A stretch of 64,000 nt of DNA, taken from the IMG/VR virus record IMGVR_UViG_3300032304_001768, positions 18,327-82,326 of that record. The stretch is one strand, 5' to 3'. The notes beneath the pieces were generated by a model. It ran no database searches, was not told the DNA's origin, and saw only the letters and a list, made by a program, of their open reading frames with translations. Made by a program: the position numbers and the translations under genes. Below, piece after piece: positions 32,524 through 43,018 of the stretch. How positions within the stretch are numbered: the stretch's first letter is position 1; every line of letters begins with the position of its first letter. Source of the stretch: a virus.

Positions 32524-33243
32524 ATGTTTATCCGAGGATCAGGAAGCGGTCAAGAATTTAAACGAAATGATCAATCATTTTACAGGGGGATCGTTGTCAA
32601 GAACAACGATCCTCTTCGTTTAAACAGAGTTAAAGTTTATATTTCAGAAATATCAAATCAGCCATATGATGAATGGTTTGAAGCTTATGATGAAATCAAT
32701 GTAAAAACACCGGGCGTCAACAATATCGGAGACAACTGGATGGATACTGCTGTGTTTGAGGAAATTACAAATACAATTCCTTGGGCAGAACCATGCTTTC
32801 CATTGTTTGGAGAAGGAGGTGGCAGTCGATATTTCAAAGATGAAAAGATCGCAACCATTTCAGATTCTAATTATGTGGAGGGTTTTAATGTATTAGATAC
32901 AAAGCCACCTACATTAGAAACAGGAGGATTTGCTCCTGCATTTCTTTATGAAAATACGGATACCGCTGTGAATGATTCATTTAGTGATCCGATTGGAAAC
33001 CTCACAGCTGAATGCAATCCATATAGTTATGCATACAAACCTTCTAAGCATGTCAACAAAGCGAAGGGCATGTTCTCAATTCCAGAAGTTGGAACAAAGG
33101 TTTGGGTATTTCATTGGCAAGGTGATTTGAATTATCCAGTATATTTTGGAATCATGCACGATTCAAGAGAGTTGTCATTGATAAACAATACAGATAATAC
33201 AATAAAATCAAGTCCGACATATCCAGTTGATTTTGAAAATTAA
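32524..33243 (+). CDS. baseplate hub gp5 N-terminal OB-fold part
   Basis: YRGIVVKNNDPLRLNRVKV, IPWA, P.VGTKVWVF...GD..YPVYFG. Confidence 0.75.
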   Translation: MFIRGSGSGQEFKRNDQSFYRGIVVKNNDPLRLNRVKVYISEISNQPYDEWFEAYDEINVKTPGVNNIGDNWMDTAVFEEITNTIPWAEPCFPLFGEGGGSRYFKDEKIATISDSNYVEGFNVLDTKPPTLETGGFAPAFLYENTDTAVNDSFSDPIGNLTAECNPYSYAYKPSKHVNKAKGMFSIPEVGTKVWVFHWQGDLNYPVYFGIMHDSRELSLINNTDNTIKSSPTYPVDFEN

Positions 33244-33260
33244 CATCTAAATACTTTTTA

Positions 33261-34853
33261 ATGTCAGCGATTTACAAAAACCGAACTATTATCAATCAAA
33301 GAGCGGCGTCTATTGATATTGATAACACTACAAACAATGAAAAGATACAAATCTCTCATAGAAGTGGTAGTAACATAAATTTGTCAAATGAGACAAATTC
33401 GGAATTGGCTACGAACAACAAACAGACCAAAGTTATCAATGACAATTTCCATACTGTTAATAAAAACAGTGTAGAGTTCGTAGGTAAAGATAAGACAGAG
33501 CGAATTGGAGAAAACCATTATATTCTAAAGGGATTCACAAAGCAAAGCGAATTGGACGCTTTCAATCAATGGAAAGATGCATTTAGACCGATTGCGTTGA
33601 ACAACAGTCAGTTTAAAATTCAACGAGGAGGTTACAGCTATCCAAATGGTGTCGCTACTCCACAGGCAGGATCAAGAGCATCCAACCCAGTGTTAAATTC
33701 TATATCCACATCAGTAAAGAATTCATTTAGTGGTTATACAAAAACACCAATCAGAGACTCTACCAGAGATGATGTCACCAATTACACTCCAGTAGCAGTT
33801 AGACAAGGAACTGGAGCCACTCAACACAGTGTAGCTGGCGTTTTGATAGATAAAAGCGCAGGAGCGTCAGGTTCAAATGCTCCGGGAGTTGCTACAGTTG
33901 GATCTGCTCAAAGTGCCGCAACTGAAAGTGGTAGCTGGGCAACCAACACAGCATCAACGACAATTGCATCACAATTGGAACAAATTCAGTCCGCGTTGTT
34001 ACCTATTGAACAATCAATGGGTAATGGAGGAGATGATATTCAGTTCACAAAGAAAAATAAAGTGAGCACAATCGGTGCTGCATTCAATGATTTTCCATCT
34101 GTTCGAATTGATGAATTAGGCAGAAGTCAGCCGTTTGAAATGCTTGTGAGTGATGTAGGAGCTTTTAAAAATCACGATACAGTTCCTGTTGTGGAAGAAG
34201 TTGACAACGCTTCGATGTTTCCATGTGGAGAAGAAACAAACGTTGTTGGTAACAGATATAATTTACTCGCTGGTTCTGGCGGTATAAACTTAAAAACCAC
34301 GGGCGGTATTGAATTGGGCGGAACCGTTTTAAAAACAGGCTTTAAGAAAATCCATTTGAATTCATCTCATGGATTGCATTTAATGTCTGAAAACGTGGTC
34401 GAATTGACCAGTTTAAAATCAATTGTATTGAGAACTCCTCGACAAGTATTTGTCGAGGGCTCTTTAGGTGTCAATGGAGATGTAGTTATTGGAGGAGGCG
34501 CTTATGTGGAAGGAGAAACTTATGTTCAGCACATAACAGCCCCTGTTGAAATTCAACAGACAGAAGATACTATTTTGTATAGTAAATTTAAAACTAACGC
34601 ACCCCGCTCCTTGATAATTGGAGAGGTGCAGTTTGATATTAACGATTGGCGTCCAGTTTATGCATCATCCGAACAGGATTTGATTGTGTCTCCCGCACAC
34701 AGCCACCACTTCAAGAACATTCCATTGAGATTAACTAAATCTAATTCAGATGTTCGTAAATTTGCGCAGAGTGAAGGAGTTAACAATCACTTGGCGGTGT
34801 CTAAGTCACTTCCTCAGACACACACCAAGAAAACAGTTGATGTATCAAATTAA
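33261..34853 (+). CDS. baseplate spike/gp5 C-terminal part
   Basis: EKIQISHRSGS, beta-helix-like repeats, terminal HSHH. Confidence 0.6.
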   Translation: MSAIYKNRTIINQRAASIDIDNTTNNEKIQISHRSGSNINLSNETNSELATNNKQTKVINDNFHTVNKNSVEFVGKDKTERIGENHYILKGFTKQSELDAFNQWKDAFRPIALNNSQFKIQRGGYSYPNGVATPQAGSRASNPVLNSISTSVKNSFSGYTKTPIRDSTRDDVTNYTPVAVRQGTGATQHSVAGVLIDKSAGASGSNAPGVATVGSAQSAATESGSWATNTASTTIASQLEQIQSALLPIEQSMGNGGDDIQFTKKNKVSTIGAAFNDFPSVRIDELGRSQPFEMLVSDVGAFKNHDTVPVVEEVDNASMFPCGEETNVVGNRYNLLAGSGGINLKTTGGIELGGTVLKTGFKKIHLNSSHGLHLMSENVVELTSLKSIVLRTPRQVFVEGSLGVNGDVVIGGGAYVEGETYVQHITAPVEIQQTEDTILYSKFKTNAPRSLIIGEVQFDINDWRPVYASSEQDLIVSPAHSHHFKNIPLRLTKSNSDVRKFAQSEGVNNHLAVSKSLPQTHTKKTVDVSN

Positions 34854-35521
34854 ATGATTTCGTCAACCAATCCATATTGAAGACACTCTTCAGCAGTAAG
34901 CCAAATATCTTTCTTCAATAGTTCATCAATCTTCTTAACAGGAAGCTTTGTGTGTTCCTTGTAGAAGCTTTTCAGAATGCTCATGAGATTGGTTACATTG
35001 TATATTTCATCTTCCAACTCACTAAATTTGCCATACATGCCACCTGAGATTTGGTGAATTAGAATGTGGGAATATTTTCCGATAACTCTGTGGTCTCCCA
35101 TTAGAGCTATGAAAGTCGCTGCACTAGCAGCATAGCCATCTACATAAGTATAGACTTTTGATTTCATAGTTCTAATTGTATCAACAATTGCAAATGCTGG
35201 ATAAACTTCTCCTCCATCACTTGCAATGTGCAAATGACAAACAGGTTCAAAATCATCACCCAATGTATTCTTGATATTTTGAAGCTTTACATCAAGATCC
35301 AGCAATGTTCTGTTGAGATCCAATGCTGCTGTTTGATCGATGCTTCCGTAAAAAAATATCTTATTGTCCAATACTCTGATAGATCCTTGGGGATTCCAAG
35401 TTTCATTTGATGTCGGAGCTTGCATATTCAGATAAATGGGAACTTGTTGTAAAACTTGTTCGTCTTCTTCGCTTGCTTTATATTTCCATCGTTTCATAAG
35501 AATGTTTTTGTTAGGCTTCAC
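34850..35521 (-). CDS. ClpP-like protease
   Basis: HIASDGG, G.AASAAT, ILIHQ, DIWLTAEECLQYGLVD. Confidence 0.85.
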   Translation of the reverse strand: MKPNKNILMKRWKYKASEEDEQVLQQVPIYLNMQAPTSNETWNPQGSIRVLDNKIFFYGSIDQTAALDLNRTLLDLDVKLQNIKNTLGDDFEPVCHLHIASDGGEVYPAFAIVDTIRTMKSKVYTYVDGYAASAATFIALMGDHRVIGKYSHILIHQISGGMYGKFSELEDEIYNVTNLMSILKSFYKEHTKLPVKKIDELLKKDIWLTAEECLQYGLVDEII

Positions 35522-38336
35522 ACGTTGTGCAATTCAAGATATTTCTGGCCAACTCTTGAGCAGGGTTGCTGCTTCTTTGATAGTAGAAGCTCTTGATTCC
35601 ATTTTCCCATCCAAAAATCATAAGTTCATTAACTTCTTTTGGTTTGGTATTTGGTGGAATCATAAGATTCAGACTTTGGCCTTGATCTATGAATTTCTGG
35701 CGTTGAATTGCTTGAATGACAATTTCCTTTTGGGAAATTTCTCCGAATGTTTTGAACACATCCTTTTCCTCTTGTGTAAGGAATTTAAGATGCTGAACAC
35801 TTCCACCACGAACAAGAATACTCTTCCAAGTAACTTGATTGTTTTTATCTTTGGATTCGAGCAGTTTGATTAGATAAGGATTCTTAAAGGTGAATTTACC
35901 TTTAGCAAGATCCTTTGTGTAATAGTTGCTATTCAAAGGTTCAATACTTGGAGAGACCTGACCAAGAATAAATGAGCTTGATGTTGTAGGAGCAACTGCG
36001 AGAGTTGTTACATTTCTACGACATTGATCGCTACCAATATAAATTGGAGCGCATCCAAACAACTTAGCAAGTTCTTCGGTTGCCTTGTCAGCTTTCTCTC
36101 GGATCTTACTCCAAACAGACATATTCAGAAGTTTAGCATCCATTGATTCAAATGCAATCATTTTATCTTGAAGAAGGCTATGCCATCCCAAAACACCAAC
36201 ACCCAATGCGCGTTGATTAACTGCAAAGTTTCTTGGAGCTTCCATGAATTTAACATTGGTGGTTTTAGTAATGAATTCTGACATAACAGCATCCAAGAAG
36301 TAAACCAAAGTCTCAACAGCGTCTGTATCTTTCCACTCTTCCCATTTTTCAAGATTTAAAGATGAAAGATCACAAACAAACGATTCATTTTCATCATTTG
36401 AAAGGAAAATCTCAGAACAAAGATTTGAATTGTGAATTTTTCTTCCTGTTGCTTTATAAATTTCAGGAGCCTGATCGTTGGCATTGTCGCTGAAGAAAAT
36501 GTAAGGATAACCGCTTTCAAAACGTTTTTGAATAACCTTACCCCAAATCTTACGCTTTGTCGCGTCTCCTGCAATCATGGAAGACATCCAATCATTGGAA
36601 ACACAAACGCCAATACTCATATCCTGAATTTCATGACCATCAGAACGTATCTTTAGGAATTCTTCAATATCAGGATGATCAATTGGTAGATAACCTGCGA
36701 ATGATCCACGACGAACATTACCTTGCGATACGACGTTCATAAGCTTGTTATAAAGCTCCATGAAGTGAACTGCGCCAGTAGATGACCCACCTGATGATAT
36801 AGACGCTCCACGACCTCGTAGTGCGCCAAAATAGCCACTTGTGCCGCCTCCAGCCTTGGTCATTTGACCAACCTCTGCCAAAGTGTTTAGAATGCCTTCC
36901 ATGGTATCTGGAATGTAAGATCCAAAACAATTATGCAATACTACACCAGATGCGCTAAAAGAATGATCTTCATCTACTGTGAAGTCATAAACATCCTCAA
37001 CCTTTTCAGTAAGATGCAATTCTTTAATTTTGGCATATCGCAACCCATCGTAAAATTTAATAGCTGAATTGCTGTTATTTTTTGAATACTTGTCATTATA
37101 TTTTCTAAAATTGCATGTATACGTGTGTGGTGTGGTTGATAAAACAGAAGATTTTTCTTGCATTTGTAATGACATTCCCAGACCTAGCTTCAAACCGATT
37201 TGATATATTTGAAGAAGCATTTTAGGATTTGCCACCGTTATTCTACAATCTTGGCACTTAGTTATAGTCCCATCACCAGCCAACAAGCCATCTAAGAAAT
37301 ATTTTAATTTCTGTTTGGGTAATTCCATAATCCATTCTGGAATCAATTTATTCTTACATCCATCACCAAATGAATGAAACAAATTTCCAATTATTTGAGA
37401 ATTAACATCGGTAGTTAGCCAAGTATAGATAACATCACCTCTTTTAGTAGAGCCTGTATAAGTATTACCATTTAAATTCAATTTAGACTTCATAATATTC
37501 AACCATTTATGTGTCAATTCAGCTTCGTCTTTATCATTTGTTGTTATTCGTATCCCGACAGGTTCTTTTTTGTTATTTTTGGAAACGCTACCTTCAGCAA
37601 ACCAAAGTCCAAACGCCCACGCCAAATCTTCATCAATTTCTATAAATTCGAATGGGTTTGAAAAATACTCTACTGTTTTTCCATTTTTGGTAGTTTTTGA
37701 TTTGGTATTTTTTGAAATTTCTTTGTAAATCTTTCCATCGATAACATGTGGGTTGTAACTATTACAAAACGATTTCATATCTATTGTGTAGTCCTTCTCA
37801 ACACTCTCAATATCACCGTTGATCGCAACGAGATGCAGATCAGGATTAAGTTCGTCGGTTCGCACCCATCCCACGTTAGTTAAAACTAAATGATTGCCTG
37901 TTAGATAAAGAGGAGTCATTCTATTAGAAACTTTTAATTTAAAAATATTATTTTTATTTTTAGTTGGTATAATATCAATAACTTTTCTATAACGTCCCCG
38001 GTGGGTGAGAACTTCGTCTCCAATTTCTATATCCTTTGCCATTTTACCTCCACCGCTCTTTGTATTAATCCAAGTGTCACCAACGACACAACTAATAGGC
38101 AATCCACGAAGTCTTCCAAAGTTTGAAATTATAGGACTTGAAATTGAATAAAAACCTCTACTTAAGTAGTCTTCAAACTTATTCGCAAATCCATCAATTC
38201 CCAAATAACGCTCTGCTGTTTTTGCTATATCTTTAAACCTTTCTTCTGGTGTTTCACCTTCTAAAAGATATCCTCTTTCCAGAAATTTTCTGGAATCCTC
38301 ATTAAGCCAATAGTATTTTGTGTTTATCATATTCAT
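35511..38336 (-). CDS. nrdA: ribonucleotide reductase class Ia alpha subunit, intein-containing
   Basis: GLPISC, SQGNVRRGS, SNLCSEI, VCDLSS, APTTSSS, DQGQSLN, KSFYYQRS. Confidence 0.95.
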   Translation of the reverse strand: MNMINTKYYWLNEDSRKFLERGYLLEGETPEERFKDIAKTAERYLGIDGFANKFEDYLSRGFYSISSPIISNFGRLRGLPISCVVGDTWINTKSGGGKMAKDIEIGDEVLTHRGRYRKVIDIIPTKNKNNIFKLKVSNRMTPLYLTGNHLVLTNVGWVRTDELNPDLHLVAINGDIESVEKDYTIDMKSFCNSYNPHVIDGKIYKEISKNTKSKTTKNGKTVEYFSNPFEFIEIDEDLAWAFGLWFAEGSVSKNNKKEPVGIRITTNDKDEAELTHKWLNIMKSKLNLNGNTYTGSTKRGDVIYTWLTTDVNSQIIGNLFHSFGDGCKNKLIPEWIMELPKQKLKYFLDGLLAGDGTITKCQDCRITVANPKMLLQIYQIGLKLGLGMSLQMQEKSSVLSTTPHTYTCNFRKYNDKYSKNNSNSAIKFYDGLRYAKIKELHLTEKVEDVYDFTVDEDHSFSASGVVLHNCFGSYIPDTMEGILNTLAEVGQMTKAGGGTSGYFGALRGRGASISSGGSSTGAVHFMELYNKLMNVVSQGNVRRGSFAGYLPIDHPDIEEFLKIRSDGHEIQDMSIGVCVSNDWMSSMIAGDATKRKIWGKVIQKRFESGYPYIFFSDNANDQAPEIYKATGRKIHNSNLCSEIFLSNDENESFVCDLSSLNLEKWEEWKDTDAVETLVYFLDAVMSEFITKTTNVKFMEAPRNFAVNQRALGVGVLGWHSLLQDKMIAFESMDAKLLNMSVWSKIREKADKATEELAKLFGCAPIYIGSDQCRRNVTTLAVAPTTSSSFILGQVSPSIEPLNSNYYTKDLAKGKFTFKNPYLIKLLESKDKNNQVTWKSILVRGGSVQHLKFLTQEEKDVFKTFGEISQKEIVIQAIQRQKFIDQGQSLNLMIPPNTKPKEVNELMIFGWENGIKSFYYQRSSNPAQELARNILNCTTCEA
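36930..38090 (-). mobile_element. intein with LAGLIDADG endonuclease in nrdA (~387 aa)
   Basis: Begins CVVGDT after PIS and ends VVLHN before C(+1); FGLWFAEG and LDGLLAGDG motifs. Confidence 0.92.
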
Positions 38337-38343
38337 TAAATTT

Positions 38344-38772
38344 TTAGTTTGGAATAGATTCCAATAATTTTTTAGCGACTTCAATCGCTTCATCTTCCGA
38401 AACTGTCGTGTCGAATGGACCATCTGGGTCGTTTATAATTTGCTCCAACCCTTCAGAAGCAATATCATAACTGTTCAAATAATCAACTCCAAAATATTCG
38501 GATAAAGCTTTATTTGTCATTAAACCATTGACATCCAAATATTTCCCACTTGGATGTTCTACGACAACGTGAGAATATTCTATATCATTATCGCCATCAT
38601 CTTCATCATACCATCCCTCACCATCAGGATCTGATAAGATATAAATTCGCCATCCAGTTAACTTGTTCAATGCCAATGCTAAAATTGCACAATTCCCTTG
38701 CATATATGAATCAATATCAAATTGATTGTTTAAATTTTCATACAATGCCCTTAATTTATTATAATCGTTCAT
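38344..38772 (-). CDS. hypothetical protein
   Basis: GNC..LA.AL, H.VV, YLDVNG (papain/transglutaminase-like triad possible); between nrdB and nrdA. Confidence 0.55.
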   Translation of the reverse strand: MNDYNKLRALYENLNNQFDIDSYMQGNCAILALALNKLTGWRIYILSDPDGEGWYDEDDGDNDIEYSHVVVEHPSGKYLDVNGLMTNKALSEYFGVDYLNSYDIASEGLEQIINDPDGPFDTTVSEDEAIEVAKKLLESIPN

Positions 38773-38775
38773 AAA

Positions 38776-39786
38776 TTAAAATAATTCACTTTCGTCAAAA
38801 CATTGGGCCTTTTTTGTGTAACCCGTGTCTTTGCTATGGAAAAAGTCGGTCATGTTGTTTCCTAGAAGTTCCTCATCAAACCACACAGTTTTGGAAAGTA
38901 AATCCTGATCGACATCAAAAACTGGCAAAAATCCAATTTGCTCCAAAGATTCGTTGATTCTGTTCTTGATGAATTCTTTTAGAATAGGAGCGGACAAGCC
39001 ATCTTCTTCCAAACCATTGATCATCCAATCGATGATTTTACTTTCTGCTTTGAAAGCTTCTTGTGCTTCTTGTGCAATTTTAACAGAAAGTTCACCATCA
39101 AATAATTCAGGAAGTTCTTCTCTGATGGTATTGATTATTTTAATACCCACCAATGCATGGATATTTTCTTCGTTGCGTGTATACTTGACCTGTTGATCAG
39201 TATCTTTCAAAACATTTTTGAAACGAGCAAACCAATTAATAATGTAGAATTGGGAGAACAATGAAACGTTCTCAACGAACAAAGTAAACAAGATCAAAGC
39301 ATACAAATATTGTTTCTTGGAATCTTTGTAGAATTTGTGAGTGTATTTTTTCAAATACTTGACTCGCCCTTGAATGAAGTCTAATTTCAGGTTTTCTTCA
39401 AAAATGTCTTCAAGCTCCAACACGGTAAGCAATCTTTCGTAAGCATTGTTGTGAATCACTTCAATGTTTGCCATTACATACCCCAGATCTTGAAGAGCGG
39501 GATGTGGAAGGTTGTCGCCCAGCTTGGCCCAAAAGGTTTTGACTGCAACTTCGATCTGCCCAACAGCAGAAAGGGTGCGGACGATGATTTCTCTCAATTG
39601 ATCGTCCAGATCAACTTTGAACTGCTGTAGATCGCTTTTAAAGTTGAATTCTTTGTCGGTCCAGAAGCCGTTGTGCATGGCTTCGATGAACTGCTCTGTC
39701 CAAGGGTATCTGTTCGGTTTTCTGCTGATTTGCTCGTCAAAAATTGTCATGGTAGTCGTCGGTTCGTGTATTGTATCTGATGTCAT
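38776..39786 (-). CDS. nrdB: ribonucleotide reductase beta subunit
   Basis: FW...EF, E.IH..AY, FVENVSLFSQF, EENIH, DFF. Confidence 0.93.
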   Translation of the reverse strand: MTSDTIHEPTTTMTIFDEQISRKPNRYPWTEQFIEAMHNGFWTDKEFNFKSDLQQFKVDLDDQLREIIVRTLSAVGQIEVAVKTFWAKLGDNLPHPALQDLGYVMANIEVIHNNAYERLLTVLELEDIFEENLKLDFIQGRVKYLKKYTHKFYKDSKKQYLYALILFTLFVENVSLFSQFYIINWFARFKNVLKDTDQQVKYTRNEENIHALVGIKIINTIREELPELFDGELSVKIAQEAQEAFKAESKIIDWMINGLEEDGLSAPILKEFIKNRINESLEQIGFLPVFDVDQDLLSKTVWFDEELLGNNMTDFFHSKDTGYTKKAQCFDESELF

Positions 39787-39883
39787 CGGTTTGTCAAATT
39801 GGTTTCGTTCGATTATTTAGCGCGTGTTTTTGATGATGCTGGGTTCTTCTAAAAAATAGATTTTTGATTAAATAGTGTTACGC

Positions 39884-40231
39884 ATGCACAAAAATTGGAT
39901 CTCAGAAATTGACTTGATGTTGGAGGGATATCCTGCTTATATGCAACCTCCTCAGACTACGGGCGGTATGCAAAGAGCGCAGATTTCAAACGTTTCGTAT
40001 CCCAAAGGTGTGCTTGGTATGCCTGACAATTCAATGTTTAACACAAGTCTGGCAAACTCTAATACGTCAGTAAGATCAGACGAGCAAGAAGAAACTCCTG
40101 TAATGGTGGATTGCAATAAAATCCTACAGCATATCAATGAGTTAGAATCCGACTTGGATCACAATTCAAATTCCGATAGAACTGCTTTGATGTGCTTGAA
40201 AAAACTTTCCAGATATATTAGTAAATTATGA
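39884..40231 (+). CDS. hypothetical protein
   Basis: ORF after TAAATA motif. Confidence 0.5.
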   Translation: MHKNWISEIDLMLEGYPAYMQPPQTTGGMQRAQISNVSYPKGVLGMPDNSMFNTSLANSNTSVRSDEQEETPVMVDCNKILQHINELESDLDHNSNSDRTALMCLKKLSRYISKL

Positions 40232-41154
40232 AAAAGGACGAAAATAACGATATTGGTAAACTTTATGAAAATTTCATTTTGAATGAAAATTATAATTATT
40301 TGGTTCAACATTTTCAATCACTTCTTGATAAAGAAGTTGAAATAGTAGGTAAAAAAAATATAAATAATGAACTACAAGACTACTTAGTCAAAGGAGAATT
40401 AGTAGAAATTAAACCAAATGGTTTGAGTATTTTATATACTTCGATACGTCCATCAGACGCATTTAAAAATTTAGGAAAATTTGATGATGAAATCTTCATA
40501 CCTTTTAGTCATATAGCAGCAGCAGCCAATGACCCAATGTTATATGTGCCAGATATACCACACTCTAAGTCTGGAAAAAAGAAATTTGGAAAGGCGATGG
40601 GTTCATTTGATGAGTATGAAAAAATGGAAACAGAAACAGAATATGAAAAAAATCAAAGATTAATGTCTAAAAAATTTCCGTGGATTGCTAATTTAATGGC
40701 AGATAATGATCTGATGAGTAATTTTGTATATGATGCAAAAAGTGATACTTTGGTATATAGTGTTGCCTTTATGCCAGATTATGTAAAAAAACATAAAGCT
40801 ATAGAAATAGCAAAACAAGTATTCCCAAGATTAAAAGAAGGAATGGATTTTTATAGTCATAAAAAAACAGCAATATTTATAAATAATGTTAAGTTTTATA
40901 ATATTGCACGTGCTATCGGAGATGAGTTAAAATCCTATGATGTTTCAATTGATAATGTGCAAACTGGTTATTGGGATTTGGTGTTAACTATTCATAAAGC
41001 ATCATCAGAACCACCAAATAAATTAATCAAAGCATCTGATTTATTTTATAAAAGTGTTGAATATTTATCAGGTGAAGAACCAGAAGAGCTAGACGAATCG
41101 TTTTTAAACTATGATTTATCAGATTACACAAAATTAATTTATGAAAAGCTTTGA
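40228..41154 (+). CDS. hypothetical protein
   Basis: 308-aa ORF; N-terminal DENNDIGKLYE motif. Confidence 0.6.
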   Translation: MKKDENNDIGKLYENFILNENYNYLVQHFQSLLDKEVEIVGKKNINNELQDYLVKGELVEIKPNGLSILYTSIRPSDAFKNLGKFDDEIFIPFSHIAAAANDPMLYVPDIPHSKSGKKKFGKAMGSFDEYEKMETETEYEKNQRLMSKKFPWIANLMADNDLMSNFVYDAKSDTLVYSVAFMPDYVKKHKAIEIAKQVFPRLKEGMDFYSHKKTAIFINNVKFYNIARAIGDELKSYDVSIDNVQTGYWDLVLTIHKASSEPPNKLIKASDLFYKSVEYLSGEEPEELDESFLNYDLSDYTKLIYEKL

Positions 41155-42007
41155 AGAATATTTCATGACAGAAATGGCACTTACTGATTTTAAAAAAATT
41201 GGTAAGTGGAATGATCCTAAAAATAGACACGGTTACGATAAGCAAAGTGTCGCTATATTGAATTCTGATGCTGGTGTTAAAAAAATACAAGATAAATTCA
41301 ATAATATCAATATTGCTGATTTTAATTTATATTTTGTCAAAAAACCAAATGCATCCAAAGCTAGAGAACTTGGTAAGGTTAGCGAGGAGTCTTTGAAAGA
41401 TTATACCGGAGTTGAAATTGGTAAGGATATTCCAGTTCCATCAGAAGATTCTATTACTATTGTATTTACAAATAATGCAGCTGCTGAAAAAGTCCCCTTG
41501 ACATATTGGACCATCGCCCATAGAATAGGTCATGCCTTTGATGCTACTGAACGTAGAAATTATAGAAGTGGTAATTACAGAGCCACTTTCATGAATAGAT
41601 TAGATAAATTATTGGATAATATTTTAAAAGAATGTTATAATTATAATATTTCTAAATCTTCTTATAATAGAGAATTGATATTTGCAGCAATACCAGAAAT
41701 TAGAAATTTCTTTGAATCTATTGGTAAATTTAGAAGTGCTAGAATGAAAAAACTTTTTAGATCTAGTGAATTTGTATATGAATGTTTTGCTCAGTATCTA
41801 TTGTCGAATGGTAATTTAACATTTAATGATTTTCCTAAGTATATAAAGACTTCTAATAAAAAGGCGTGGGGTCGTGATATTGGAGGCACTTTAAAATTAC
41901 AAGATGAATATGCTGCTGAAAATTTCAAAACTGAATTGATTGATCTTATGTCTGATTATTTTGATTATTTGATTGGTAGCCACATCAATTCAATCAACAT
42001 AATGTGA
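41141..42007 (+). CDS. putative head-packaged protein, zincin-like
   Basis: MKSFEEYFMTE N-terminus; AHRIGHA...ECFAQ. Confidence 0.55.
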   Translation: MKSFEEYFMTEMALTDFKKIGKWNDPKNRHGYDKQSVAILNSDAGVKKIQDKFNNINIADFNLYFVKKPNASKARELGKVSEESLKDYTGVEIGKDIPVPSEDSITIVFTNNAAAEKVPLTYWTIAHRIGHAFDATERRNYRSGNYRATFMNRLDKLLDNILKECYNYNISKSSYNRELIFAAIPEIRNFFESIGKFRSARMKKLFRSSEFVYECFAQYLLSNGNLTFNDFPKYIKTSNKKAWGRDIGGTLKLQDEYAAENFKTELIDLMSDYFDYLIGSHINSINIM

Positions 42008-42044
42008 CTTGACAATCGAAAACGGTGTGGTAAATTGGCGTTGT

Positions 42045-42701
42045 ATGGACACAAATTACACCCACATCACATTCGTTTTGGATCAATCTGGAAGCATGGC
42101 ATCTTGTTGGAAGGACGCTATTGGTGGTCTAGCATCGACCATCAGCGATCAAAAGCAGCTGGATTCTAAATGCACCTTCAGCCTTTTCAGCTTTGACAAC
42201 GCCGTCGAGACTCATTTGGATTTTGCCGATATCAAGCTTGTGAGCGAAGCTGTCGAAGAATTTGGAATTCACCCAAGAGGAAGCACCGCATTGTATGATG
42301 CAATTGGACGCGCTGTTGTTCAAACTGGAGCGACTTTGAATGCTCTCGCAGAGAACGACCGTCCGGGAAGAGTCTTGGTGGTTATTCAAACAGACGGAGA
42401 GGAAAATTCATCAAGAGAATATACTGCTGCCAAAGTCAAAGCTCTGATTGAAGAACAAACCAATAAGTATTCTTGGGACTTTATGTTTGTCGGAGCCGAT
42501 CAAAATAGTGTTTTGACAGCTACACGCACTCTCGGGGTTGCTGCTGCTAACACTTCGTTCTACAGCACGACCGATACCTTGGAAACATTCAACGTTCTTT
42601 CTTCTAAAATGAAGAACATGCGCAGCGCATCACAGGATACCTATAAGACCTACGCAGCGTTTACTCAAGAAGAAAAAACGCTAATGGCAGGAAAAGAGTA
42701 A
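42045..42701 (+). CDS. von Willebrand factor A domain protein
   Basis: DQSGSM MIDAS, GSTALYDAIG, QTDGEENSS, FVGA; TTGACA promoter at 42009. Confidence 0.88.
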   Translation: MDTNYTHITFVLDQSGSMASCWKDAIGGLASTISDQKQLDSKCTFSLFSFDNAVETHLDFADIKLVSEAVEEFGIHPRGSTALYDAIGRAVVQTGATLNALAENDRPGRVLVVIQTDGEENSSREYTAAKVKALIEEQTNKYSWDFMFVGADQNSVLTATRTLGVAAANTSFYSTTDTLETFNVLSSKMKNMRSASQDTYKTYAAFTQEEKTLMAGKE

Positions 42702-42851
42702 AAATAATCAAAAAATAAATTCAATCAGACTAAATACCTTTACAGCAAATGAAACCATCGTCAGATCAACGCTATCTCACAGTAGCCGGATTTAATCTAA
42801 ATCCGATTGATGGGGTGTAATTTGTTGGATCGTAAAATAATCTGATGAATG

Positions 42852-42886
42852 CAAGCCCTCTCCAAAAAAGAGGGCTTGATTTTTTT
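42852..42886 (+). terminator. intrinsic terminator
   Basis: CAAGCCCTCT/AGAGGGCTTG stem plus T tract. Confidence 0.8.
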
Positions 42887-43018
42887 GGATATTATGGTTT
42901 TATAGAAGATATCGTTGACCAAAAACGTGAGTCAACTGAAAAGGCAGAGAGTGTGCTAAAAACATTTCGACACCGCGAAGCGGGAGCTTAAAAGGCTTGC
43001 AAACAACGAAAATAAATT

